From NCBI GenBank assembly GCA_951406725.2, contig OX597828.1:59706001-59770000 (forward strand): a stretch of DNA of 64,000 nt, given 5' to 3'. The translations under genes and the position numbers were made by a program. The notes beneath the pieces were generated by a model. That model saw only the letters and a list, made by a program, of their open reading frames with translations, searched no databases and had not been told where the DNA came from. The DNA comes from Octopus vulgaris (taxonomy: Eukaryota). Shown one piece after another: positions 1 through 12,140 of this stretch (position 1 is the stretch's first letter; the number at the start of each line of letters is the position of its first letter).

Positions 1-416
1 TGAAGGATTCATACATTAAGTGTAGGAACGAAATCTCTGATTCGACGATAATTACACAAATGAAAGATAGAAGTGTAACAGTAACGCGCTAAGTTAGTTA
101 TCTGATTTTGCAAAAGAATAACTACAGCAAATGTATCGTTCCCTTACTAATTGGGTTTGACTGAACGCTAGTTAGATATTCTTCAAGTTGTTTCAAAGTT
201 TTAAATCTATTTTTTCCTTTACACTATTAGATCGTTTTCGATCTCTATCAGGGCTGGATGCACAAATTGCAAGATAATCGGCTCTAAAAGTACAGTAGTG
301 TTGGAAGTAAGATTGGTTTGCTTGATTCTGGGCCATTAGTTTTCTTTAGAAAATTGGTTATAGGCAAAAGCGAAATGTAAATTATCTAAGTGCTAAAACA
401 TAAATACATACCGATG

Positions 417-439
417 ATATATACATATATATATACATA

Positions 440-521
<82 letters not shown>

Positions 522-630
522 TAAATAAATGAATGGAGTCGAACGAAGATGTTAACAAAATTCCTATAGTCTCGACATATGTTTCGAAGACAACATGGTT
601 TCATTCCAAAGGAATAAAGGGTGCAAGATG

Positions 631-686
<56 letters not shown>
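417..686. repeat. (AT)n microsatellites, representative of dozens of (AT)n/(GT)n/(GTAT)n/(AG)n/(GATA)n tracts across the window
   Basis: Long perfect AT runs at about 417-518 and 632-683; they generate the [12 protein letters not shown] ORFs. Confidence 0.98.
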
Positions 687-687
<1 letters not shown>

Positions 688-946
688 CATATTACATCAC
701 TGTACATAAATCCCCTACTAAACAAGGTCCCTTTTTTAAACCTGTCTCCTTTCTGTACACATATTTATTCCCCACCCAAAACCTAAACAATTATCTCCCT
801 TACACACAACAATAACAATAATAACAAACAATTACTTCCCTTTACTTGTCAACTTGTAAAATCATTCGCTCGTGAATTTCATTACAAACAACATGGACTA
901 AATTTCTTCTTAAGAAAAAAAATATATTCATATAAATGAAACATTA

Positions 947-979
947 TATCATGAATAGTGATTGCGAAACCGGTCGATA
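947..979 (+). ncRNA. Degenerate minimal hammerhead ribozyme (PLE type)
   Basis: tatc-ATGAATA-gtgattgc-GAAA-ccgg-TC-gata: stem I tatc/gata, palindromic stem III ACCGGT, but the CUGANGA box has decayed. Confidence 0.45.
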
Positions 980-1090
980 CATTAAAAATTATATTATAAC
1001 CATGTAAGTGTGCGTATTTTCTTTTTTTATTTTCTTACATACATTACAATCCACCACGTGGAGACAACCGAAATTCCTCTTTTCTGTTAC

Positions 1091-1144
<54 letters not shown>

Positions 1145-1208
1145 ATGTGTGTGTGTGTGTATGTGTGTGTGTGTTTGTATTTAAGTATGTATGTATGTAT
1201 GTAAATAT

Positions 1209-1797
1209 ATACAAGGTGTTTCAAAAAATTTGACATCATTTGAGATGTAAATATCACAGAAACTACATAGTCAAAATAAATGAAAGTAAACAAGCTTAAT
1301 GTTGAGGAACATATGATTTATTCCTCCAAATTTGAATGAGAAATTTAAAGGTATGTGGATTCCATGAACGATTTCATAAATGGTCGATACGCGCACCCCT
1401 GAGAAACGGCACGCGTCAAGTCGGTAGTCCAGCACCTCCCGAACAGGCTGCAGCATTTCTTGGCTAACTGTCTCCGGTGCGGTAGTAATTCTCTGCTCGA
1501 GTTCTTCTAGATTTGCAGTAAAAGAGGAGACATAAACCAAGCCGTTCACATAACCCCATGTTGGTGCTTTCGGTTGTCATCTGCCGTTATGGTATGAACG
1601 AGCTGCAGCTTGTAGGGTTTCATTGGCAAACGTTTCCTCGGGACGCACCAAACAGTCGGTGGAGGAACCTGGGTTTCCAGACTTGTTCTGAGTATGGACT
1701 TCTTGGGGATTCGCATGAGCTTTTGCCGAACCAGCTCGACCGTTTCTTCCAATGTTAGTGGTCGTCCAGGTCCTTTTGCCTTGCTCAGATAGCCTTG
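1209..1797 (-). mobile_element. Internally deleted Tc1/mariner-superfamily transposon relic
   Basis: N-terminal HTH region GPGRP..EETVELVRQ..PKKSILRTSLETQVPPPTVW..RKRL.MKPYKLQLV joined directly to C-terminal WGYVNGLVY..NLEELEQRITTA..LDYRLDAC; TIR-like end ta-caaggtgtttcaaaaa at 1209. Confidence 0.88.
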
Positions 1798-2165
1798 AAT
1801 GTACGCATATATATGCATTTCTCCTTTTATGTGCATTTTCAGTTCTAAAAAACTGTACCCCGCTCCCAAACTCCATTATTTTCTTCGATTATACTGTTAT
1901 TTCTCTTTCTCTTTTTAATGCATTCTCTAATAAGAATATTGTACCACACCTACTAATAACTGATTCTGTTTTAAGTATGTACATGCATATATACACGCAT
2001 GTGTGTATGTATATGTATGGGTGTGTATGTATATATTTAAATGTATATGTGTATGTGTGTGTGTGTATTTATATATGTATAAATTAGCCCCATGAACTTC
2101 TTGGACTATCTTATAAAACTCTCCGACGAAGCCTGTATTTATATCCATAAATTAAACATATGAAC

Positions 2166-2289
2166 TGTCTGACGAAGCCTAGACGCATACCCAAATACCC
2201 TAATTTTATCTACAGATTACTACAATACACTGAAAATATGGAAATAACATATGGGATACTGTGACCTCTTGGATGAAGCAGCTGTAAGA
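2166..2289 (+). ncRNA. Degenerate long-stem-II hammerhead (PLE terminal repeat remnant)
   Basis: CTGACGA at 2169, about 100 nt of imperfect stem II (atacccaaata / atatgggata), then GAAG-cagctg-TA-aga (GAAA mutated to GAAG); same stem III family as the 18363 motif. Confidence 0.45.
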
Positions 2290-2621
2290 AACTTACAGTC
2301 GATTATATCGACCCCAGTGCATAACTGGTACTTATTTAATCGACCCCGAAAGGATGAAAGGCATTAAATTTCTGTTTCACGCAGTGAGGATGAAGCAGCT
2401 GTAAGAAACTTACAGTCGATTATATCGACCCCAGTGCATAACTGGTACTTATTTAATCGACCCCGAAAGGATGAAAGGCATTAAATTTCTGTTTCACGCA
2501 GTGAGGATGAAGCAGCTGTAAGAAACTTACAGTCGATTATATCGACCCCAGTGCATAACTGGTACTTATTTAATCGACCCCGAAAGGATGAAAGGCATTA
2601 AATTTCTGTTTCACGCAGTGA
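2271..2621 (+). repeat. Tandem triplication of a 117-bp unit
   Basis: ggatgaagcagctgtaagaaac...cacgcagtga starts at 2271, 2388 and 2505; copies appear identical. Confidence 0.95.
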
Positions 2622-3707
2622 GAATGAACCCGGAACCATGCAGTTAGGAAGCAAACTTCTTACCACCCATCTATGCATGCGCCTTTTTCAGTACCAGGTA
2701 TTTTCGACATTCATTTGTTTATTCACTAGCAACATGTCACGAAGCCTCCCTCTGTGAAGAGCAAGTTATAGACAACTAATGTTCAATGTGGGGGAATGCA
2801 ATATCACAGTGTGAATCAGAAAAAGTTGAATATATGCCATTAACTGTTAGATTTCAAAGGAGAGTTTGGTGGGGATGAGGCAAATGACTATGATGTAAGC
2901 GAATTACATTGTTTTATTTCAGATATTAGCATCCTTCATATTACTATGGTTGAAGAATCAAAAGATATGTCCCACTACTGTTGTTCATTTATTTATGTTG
3001 GAAATATAATAGCCTGCACTTTAAAAGTAGCTTCATAAGTGGCTCTAAGCTTGTGTGCACGACCCCTGTTCTGCTCGTATCACTCACATAACAGACTCCA
3101 TAATAACTAATATTTCTAATCATTCTACACCCTCAACTTTAACTCTCTACTTATTTTTGATTCTTTTAACGTAAACTTGCGTCGATGTTGCTGGTCTCGT
3201 CGTGTTGGTGTATGTAATCTTTAGAGCCCATTTCTCCAGACAAAACCAATAAAATATAGATAATGTTATTCTGGAATTGGCTTGATTTTAAGTGAAGGAA
3301 TTAAAATGCCTATGACGGTTCAAACTGATTGTCTCATGATAGATTTTGCAATCATATTGTTATTCGATATGGAAACACGTCATCCTTCCACTGTGACAGT
3401 TATTTAGAAATACATCGACGGAAACAATATTATTTTGTCGAATAGGAACAATGAAAGCGAAACCTTTACCCAAAAAATTTAAAAGATAATGAAATATATA
3501 ACAATAGGACAAAATTATTGGAAAATTGATCAAAGCAACAGGAAACAATGGATTTGATTTTCAATAAAAATTTAGTTTTTATTCATAAAATATTTGTACA
3601 ATATCGTTTAAATCAAATTTAAAGTCAGTTGAGACCTTTATAATGAAATACCAACTTCAGTACTAATTATGTAGGCAGCTTCCCAGAAGAATTATACATC
3701 AATTAAT

Positions 3708-3938
3708 TTCTTTACTACCCACAAGGAGCTAAACACAGATGGGACAAACAAGGACAGACAAACGGATTAAGTCGATTACATCGACCCCAGTGCGTAACTG
3801 GTACTTAATTTATCGACCCCGAAAGGATGAAAGGCAAAGTCGACCTCGGCGGAATTTGAATTCAGAACGTAACGGCAGACGAAATACGGCTACGCATTTC
3901 GCCCGGCATGCTAACGTTTCTGCCAGCTCGCCGCCTTT
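3708..3938 (-). mobile_element. tRNA-derived SINE family B
   Basis: Reverse complement of aaggcggcgagctggcagaaacgttagc...ctgaattcaaattccgccgaggtcgac...gggtagtaaagaaat; many copies in the window. Confidence 0.9.
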
Positions 3939-5854
3939 ACATCAATTGACCCTTGGAACACGTTAGATTTTACTTTTATTGATTTTACTATTGTGTGTTC
4001 AACAATCAAACACAAATAAAATTGCAAAACATAGAGGTCACGATTGCCATCTCTCAGTGTCAAGAATTCGATCCCATTAAATTTCTGTTTCATGACTAAA
4101 ATGACTGACAACGAGAAAATGTGATTTGGAGCGCTGTTAGGTCTCAGAGATCTTATTGTGAACATACTTTTGTTAACATCTGTCAGACTTCTCTTTACCG
4201 TTACTTTCAAAGAACCGCATTTAATGTGAGTTCTTCTCATTCAGTTCGAATGGTTAGATTCATCGGTTATCCACGAAGAAATGTCATTAAAGGCTTCGCC
4301 TATTTGCTTTAATTATTCGTTCCAAGCCGATGTGTAATTTACAATTATTTTTTTCTATAAGAGTGTTTTGCAGTCATTGGACTCTACATGTTTGTCGCTA
4401 ACCAACATGTCACTAATTATGGTATAACAACTTTCAATTCCTTTGTGTCTCGTCAAATCAAGAAGATACTTGTTTTTAATATGATCTGTTAAAGAATGTA
4501 CAATATGGTTTATAATTATGTCATTTAGAGGCGTAAATGACATTACGTTTTTCGGAATAATCATCTAGACTTCACGTCAGAATTTGCAGTTTGATAGAAC
4601 AATCATCAAGAACACTGCATGCCTTGATTTCCTCGCAAGAGAAAACTCTTTTGCACTGTTTTCCGAAACCGCTGAGCTCAAGACAAATAGAGATAGTTGC
4701 ATTCTTATCATGTGTTTCCCCAGGATAAAACAAATTAATAATTTGCTAAGAGTGGTCTGAATTTGGAACCTAAAGGAGCGTTTCCTTTACATGTACAGCT
4801 TACATTAACATGTTTCGAGTATCCTAGATAGTAACATTGGCTCTGTCATTGTAAAACCATTGCTGGATATGGATTTAGTCAATGCAGGCCACGGTGAGTT
4901 CAATTTCTTTCGAATTGGGTTGAAGACTTCTTTTGTCACTGTAGCTTCGAAGTATTTGTCATTCATTAGATATTGATAGTCTTTTAATATCCATTCTCTA
5001 GCCGTTTGACTTAGCAAACATTTTGTGCTTATCTTCACCAAATTGCATTTTGATGTTTTGACTTCTATTACTCGAATACGGATTAAGTCCTGAACAAAAT
5101 GTCGTGGATTTCATTAAAGTTTCTCTCCTCTCCAATTACTCTAATTTAGCCTTTATTACCAGGACGAAAAATTATTACATCCAAGATTTCGATCAGGAAT
5201 ATTTTTCATGATAACATAATTCTGTTAGTAATGATAGCAGCAACTGAACTTCTTGGAGATATCTGTGTAGGCTATGTTACTGCCACTTAAATAATGACAT
5301 TGCATATAAAAGTTAGAACATTGACAGGGAGCAACGATTCTAATATCCATCTGTGACGGACCGTGTTACCCCTTCTTACAGTCTAACCATAAAGTCAGCA
5401 GATATTTATTCCCTTCCTTAGAGACGGCTCATAAAAACATCCATATGTTTCTTGGCATTATTAAATTAGTCGAGGAATACAATGTCAGTCAGATACTGCA
5501 TCGGACATTTTAGACTCCCCAAAATTGCTTTTTTTTTGACATGTAGATTAGTAAGCATACATTGGTGGGCGCATCCATGTATGCGTCTATGTGTGGGGGT
5601 TCCGTGTCTGCGTCTAGGTATTTATATGCTTTGCATAAGCGTGTGTGAAATATACGTTGGTAAATAGATTCTTTATTCTCTTGTCAAACATACATGCATA
5701 AATACACATTTTACTCACAGATCCCACAACATACGCTCACAGCCACGACTCACAGATACGTAAAACACGCACAGTTTCTTTCTTACATATTTTTCTATTT
5801 TTGTGGATTTGGAGTGTCAACTCCTATTTCAGGTAGTGGTATGCCAGGACTTTA

Positions 5855-5963
<109 letters not shown>

Positions 5964-5998
5964 TAAGAGAGTGGTCACTATATTAATCACTATATTAA

Positions 5999-6067
<69 letters not shown>

Positions 6068-6094
6068 TATATTTTTGTGAATAACATATAGTCT

Positions 6095-6543
6095 ATTGAC
6101 TAGTTTTTTGTGCTAGGCCACTGGTAATAATAATTTATATAATTCTTATTACCCTAATATTATTTATTATGCTTAAATATTTCTTGTTAGATTTGTTCGA
6201 AATTTTACCGGCATCCTCTCTGTCGCCAGAAATAAACTGCATCGGCGCAGTGGTTTTGAAAAGTTAGGATATACAGGCAGCTAGTTTACATGCGAATCTA
6301 GTTGTGTGTATATTTGAAATCTAAAGGCTCCCTACTGATGAAGACTAGCCTCAGTAAATATTTTTTTACTGGAATGAGTAAAAACCATGGTCTAGGAACT
6401 AAATTAGATGGTAAACGTTTTTAATTTTCAATCATTTCGAGAATTTATCCATAATTAGTGGTTTGAGTTTTCTACTGCTCTTTTTAGCACAAAGCTTTCC
6501 TATTTGGAAGCCTCTTAATGTGTTTTAATGTACACGATATTTT

Positions 6544-6545
<2 letters not shown>
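6095..6545 (+). mobile_element. Penelope-like terminal repeat remnant with degenerate hammerhead (6331-6396)
   Basis: ccta-CTGATGA-...-aAAA-ccatgg-TC-tagg: stem I ccta/tagg, stem III palindrome ACCATGGT, G12 mutated to A. Confidence 0.6.
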
Positions 6546-6577
<32 letters not shown>

Positions 6578-6621
6578 ATGTACAAACACACACGTATACG
6601 CATTTAAATATATATATGTTC

Positions 6622-6872
6622 GTTTCTTGTCGAGTCATCCCTGGCCCATAGGGCCGGTTTCCCGGATACCTTAGCGTATAGGCTCCCCACATGAACGGAC
6701 GGGACGCGGGTCCATCGCAGGATTACTCATTTTTGCCAGCTGAGTGGACTGGAGCAACGTGAAATGAATTGCTTTGCTCAAGAACACAACGCATCGCCTG
6801 GTCCAGGAAACGAAACCACAACCTTACGATCATAAGTTCAACACCCTAACCAAAAAGCCACACGCCTCCACA
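6622..6872 (-). mobile_element. tRNA-derived SINE family C (V/Meta-domain-like)
   Basis: Reverse complement starts ggaggcgtgtggc..ggttagggtgttg with a B-box-like ggtttcgtttcc and a core cctgcgatggacccgcgtcccgtcc resembling the V-SINE domain. Confidence 0.75.
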
Positions 6873-6884
6873 TACACACGCCTC

Positions 6885-6956
<72 letters not shown>

Positions 6957-7054
6957 TATATATATAAATATATATATATATAAATATATATATAAATATA
7001 TATATAAATAATATAAATATAAATATATATATATATATGTAAATATATTATATA

Positions 7055-7210
7055 AAAGGGCTTAGTAAAATAAATTACTTTGCCGCATACTGAACTCATT
7101 AGAAATAGCAGCTAAAAAAACTTTTGAATTCGCCTTAAATGGTCCCTTTGCATACTGAATACTTGGTGAAATTGATTAATTAATTAATTTTACCCTCAAT
7201 TGTTGAAATT
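7055..7210. repeat. Short member of the AT-rich foldback family (shares motifs with 15781-16145 and 46399-46640)
   Basis: gcatactgaactcattagaaatagcagctaaaa and acttggtgaaattgattaattaattaattttaccct. Confidence 0.6.
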
Positions 7211-7241
7211 ATATGTAAATATATATATAAATATATATATA

Positions 7242-7303
<62 letters not shown>

Positions 7304-7307
7304 TATA

Positions 7308-7389
<82 letters not shown>

Positions 7390-7715
7390 CAAAGTTGAGT
7401 TGTGGGGTATCGCACGAGTGGAATTATATACGAAAGAAGGTTTGAAAATGCAATTTAAAAGATGTTTATTTACTTAACCGGTTTCACTCTTTGGAAAAAG
7501 ATTGTCAAAAGTAACATAGAATATTATGAATTCCAAAAAGTTTTTTACATAATTGCCACATTACATGTATATATACAGTCTTTGGTAACAGGGACATGTT
7601 AAGGACATAAAGAAGTACAACAGTGTGATGAGAATATTTGAAAAAATGGGCAGAAAAGAATAAAACAAATATATTATTGGAAGTTTGGTTGCGTTAATTA
7701 ACGCAATAATTAACG

Positions 7716-7720
<5 letters not shown>
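7390..7720 (-). mobile_element. Penelope-like terminal repeat fragment with degenerate hammerhead (7470-7514)
   Basis: Reverse complement reads ttactt-TTGACAA-tctttttccaaagagt-GAAA-ccgg-TT-aagtaa: 6-bp stem I, stem III ACCGGT, core changes C3>T and G8>A. Confidence 0.6.
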
Positions 7721-7812
<92 letters not shown>

Positions 7813-8250
7813 CTGGTCGTGAGGTAAGCATTTTTATGAATTACTGCAAAATATAATGAGAACCAAACGTGAAGCGAATATAAATATTTTGAATCAATAT
7901 GAAATATTACAAATTGTTTACGTATAGTGTTTCTTAGAAAATAAAGTAATTCGCAAAAATTTCCGATGTCTTCCTGATAGTTGTTTTTCCTTGTTTATTC
8001 ATCTTTTCTGCATTTTCCAGCAGTCACGAAGTTGTATGTAAATTATAAAGATATATATGAAAAAATAAACTTTTGACATGCATTTGTAAAAAAGATGCGG
8101 TTTGTCTCCGTAATAATTTTTTTTTCTTTCGCAAATCATGTATATTTTGACAGAACTAAATTAAAAGAGATCTGGCCCTTGGCCATGCTTATATCTATAT
8201 GCATTTTCAGTATTTAAAAACATATATAGTTACATATTCTTACTGAAAAC

Positions 8251-8320
<70 letters not shown>

Positions 8321-8959
8321 GAATGGATGAATGAATTATCCTTTGTTTACAGTTAACACGGAAAATTTATTTATATATATATATATATATAAATTTATAC
8401 ATATTATACCCCCATATATATATATATATCATTCTTACATAATATATATATCTACATATGTGTGTGTGTGTGTGTGTGTGTATCTGTATGCATCTGTATG
8501 TATTCATGGATGTATAGACAGATGGGTACCCAGTGTGATATACAAATATGGCATAAGATATAAATGATATGAAACGAACACGGCACAACATTATTATCAA
8601 GTTATTTAATTCTCTGTTTTCTATAACATGATGTATTATTATCAGAATGCCATCCACTCTTCTGTTATTATGTTGATATTTATCTTCCTGTTTACACGTG
8701 TTTTGGGTGTTTAAAGCATTGTTATATAAACAGCATAAATAATAAATGATGTTTAAATAAATGTATTTTGTAATTGGTAATATATTGTTTTTGCGAAGTG
8801 AAGTCAGCACTATGTTATCACCAAAAATATATATCGCATTATCTTTAATCAAAAATCTTCAATTGACTTCGAAGAACTGTTTTCCTTTCTTTTCATTAGA
8901 GCGCGATTAAAACAGGAATAGAAAAGCATAGAAATGAACAGGAATACTTACTCTCTTAC

Positions 8960-9168
8960 TATTTTACTTGTTTCAGTCATTTGACTGTGGCCATGCTGGA
9001 GCACCGCCTTTAATCGAGAAAATCGATCCCAGGACTTATTCTTTGTAAGCCTAGTACTTATTCTATCATCCTCTTTTGCCGAACCGCTAAGTTACGGGGA
9101 CGTAAACACACCAGCATCGGTTGTCAAGCGATGTTGGGGGACAAACACAGACACGCAAACATATATAT

Positions 9169-9226
<58 letters not shown>

Positions 9227-9396
9227 GTATATATGACGGGCTTCTTTCAGTTTCCGTCTACCAAATCCACTCACACAACTTTGGTCGACCCGAGGCTATA
9301 GTAGAAGACACTTGCCTACAATGCCACGCAGTGGGACTGAACCCAGAACCATGTGGCTGGTAAGCAAGCTACTTACCACACAGCCACCCCTGCGCC
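8960..9396 (-). mobile_element. tRNA-derived SINE family A with internal microsatellite
   Basis: Head (reverse complement) ggcgcag..tggctgtgtggtaag (A box)..gggttcagtcccactg (B box); tail ..cagtcaaatgactgaaacaagtaaaa. Confidence 0.93.
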
Positions 9397-10234
9397 TTTT
9401 GCGAATTTTGACAACAAAAACAGTTTTTCTCTTTATATAATCGAGCAACATTGCCCAGACCTGATTCTATTCGAAAAGTATTTACTAATGATATCTTTAA
9501 GAAGTGAAAGATCCTCTTCGATTTTTATGGAGAATCATATATTTGATAGATTGTGTGGCAACTTACAGAGACAACCGTCATGAAGCTGCTCTTCGTTCAA
9601 TATCCCAAACACAACTGAAATGTCCATATCTTTATTCAAATGACACAGTTCCATAATTGTAGCGGAGGTAATTTATTGATTGGCTAGCCTTTGTGAGTCA
9701 AAAGTTTGGCACTTCATAAAAGGAATTTCAATTAAAAGTGTATTTACCAGCTTTTTTGGCTATTATTAAACGTCTAGGATTGCTCTCTTTTCACGATATA
9801 GTTACTTCTGTTTCCACCAAATGGTATGAGGTTACAATTCGTTACCAAACAAACAAACACACCTCCGAAATTTCGATAGCTTCAACCAGTCTAAACGTCA
9901 AAGGAAAACGAAAGGGATGCGGTTACGTTAAACTATGACAACTTAACTACAGCTTTGTTTCTTAAAACATTAATTGACATGGGATTGCAAAACTATTCTT
10001 GAAGATAATAAAATTTTAGAGTACTTTGTAACCAAAAGAAAATCATGATAAATATACTAAACTCAAACACGGCATTCAGTAATATGTAATCATACAACAG
10101 CGGTAAATCGTATAAAATTGATTATTAATCATGATTGATTGAACTAATAAGTTAAATCATCTGGTGAGAAAATGAAAATTACACATAACATTTTACCTGA
10201 AAGTGTTAAATGCTATTCTACCTTATACTATTCC

Positions 10235-10345
10235 GACAATGCGGAAAAGAATCTCGTATATCGCGATATTATCACAGACACTGGACAAAAGGATCGTGTA
10301 CAAAGGCTTAACGGAGCAGACATTTGAAAATGATTTTAACTGAAT
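10235..10345 (+). mobile_element. Possible Penelope GIY-YIG endonuclease relic
   Basis: Frameshifted translation AEKNLVYRDIITDT..YKGLTEQTFEN resembles the PLE motif N(I/V)VY..YIG.TE..F. Confidence 0.45.
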
Positions 10346-11224
10346 GCACCATTCCAAGATTGCCTCATAAGTTTCCTAAACACATTTCATACAAGTCGCA
10401 AACTGTTTCAGATGTAGTTGACCTTCTCAAACTTGTATCAAAGCTCTTTCAGCTCTTTTAAAATAAGAAAAATCTAGATGCACTGCATCTTACAAAATCT
10501 AGTCTAATTGCTTGACCGTAATTGCTAGTTACCTTTTTACCATGCAGAGAATTATATAATGATCAAAGCGATGTTGAATCCTAGAAAGGCCATCACAACG
10601 ATACCTAAATATGTGTTAATTTGGTAAAATACCTGTGTAATAGCCAAAGGGTAATGACAGCGATGACAATCAGGCTTATTAAGGTAGCAGCAGATTCCAA
10701 TGTAACAAGTAAAGTGTTGTGAGTATATCCATATAAACTTTAATATAAATTATATTTCAATTAAGTAAATGTAAGAGCAGTGTACCAGTACAACCACGCC
10801 GTTTCATTTGTCTTGCTTGACTACGTATATATTTAGCGATATTCGCATGAAAAATTTATATTCGGTATACCTCCCAATCGAAAATTATCATTTGAATTAT
10901 GAAATATATTACTTATGTCTGTTGCACAATATGTACCTGATTTGTTTTTCAATAACACACCGTTTATATTATTTGCGATCAAATTTATTATAGGAATTTA
11001 TATACCAACCCTCCTAAACTAAAGTATACATATAGATATGCGATGTTTTTCGTAAAATATTTAGCTCTATTATCTCTCGGTACAATTGTCTACAATAAAT
11101 TTTGTATCATTTCAGAACTCTCTGCGAATTATTGCACGCATAGAACATTTTTCTTCGTGGTGGCAGACACAGCCATTCCGATTCGTTTTAATTTTTTTTT
11201 TTGTTTTTAATTAACATTTTCTTA

Positions 11225-11920
11225 TTTCCTGTTTTCGCTGTTATAATTGAAGACAACACAGCCAGGGGACTGGTAAACCTTGTATAAAAATAAATGGAGA
11301 ACAGGACTTTGTTTTTTCTTAAAGAGAGTAATTTTGTCCGGCATTAAAATTTTGTCTGGCAATTCTTTCAGGTCTTGCTCGGTGGCCTGGATTACCAGTT
11401 CCAGGCCTTGGCCCCACCAGTTCAGCTGCTGCAGCTTGGTGACTTGGAGGAAGTTGATTATATCCTCCAAGTTTAGCAGTATAACTGCCGCTAGCCACAC
11501 CACATCGATCTCCGATGGGACCTCCCCTTTTTTGATATTTGATGTCCGCTTTCCTAAATAAGTTGGCAGCAGCACTAGTTATATTGACTTTGGGGCAGTT
11601 GTCGATTACTTCTTAGCTTCTTTTTGGGAAGCGAACCCGCTTCGACAGTTCCGAAGCGTTTTACTCGGGCTATGTTATATTTTGCCATATCGGCTGTAGG
11701 CATTTTTCGATTGCTTCTTTAGTAGCCATTTCATTTTTTCGTTTGAGTGACAAGGTTTTGTATACTATTGTTTGCCTGTTTGTGCTGTCTATCACTTCCC
11801 GAGGTGGGGTTAGTTTTACTTGATTCCGTCGTCCGAGCCCACCTTCACCATTTCGCTCGTGGCACCAGTCACAGACGCAAAGTTAACTTCGTTATTACTA
11901 TTCTGGGGGTTCGTTTCTTT
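11225..11920 (-). mobile_element. LINE (L1/Tx1-like) ORF1 5' fragment
   Basis: LLPTYLGKRTSNIKKGEVPSEIDVVWLAAVILL..NWWGQGLELVIQA is homologous to the 36260-36890 ORF; the Tx1 assignment is inferred. Confidence 0.6.
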
Positions 11921-11922
11921 TG

Positions 11923-12140
11923 TATTCAGGTCACCGCCTAGTATCGAACTCGGAATAATAATAACAACATCGAAAAATACTGTAGGAATGAGAACCTAGG
12001 TTCGAAATTTCCTCAAGAGACATGATGAAGGCTGGAGGGTATATCAGCCGAAATGTGTTAACAACAAAAAAGATGATTTCAAATACATGAGGACATGTAA
12101 ATGATGTAAATAATTCCTCATCTCTTAAATACAGAACTGT
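11923..12140 (+). mobile_element. Second copy of the HHR-tail SINE: tail 11958-12140 with an inverted head fragment at 11923-11957
   Basis: aacatcgaaaaatac..ggaatgagaacc..caTGATGAaggctggagggtatatcagccGAAAtgtgtt matches 44745-44905; the HHR core is damaged. Confidence 0.8.
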
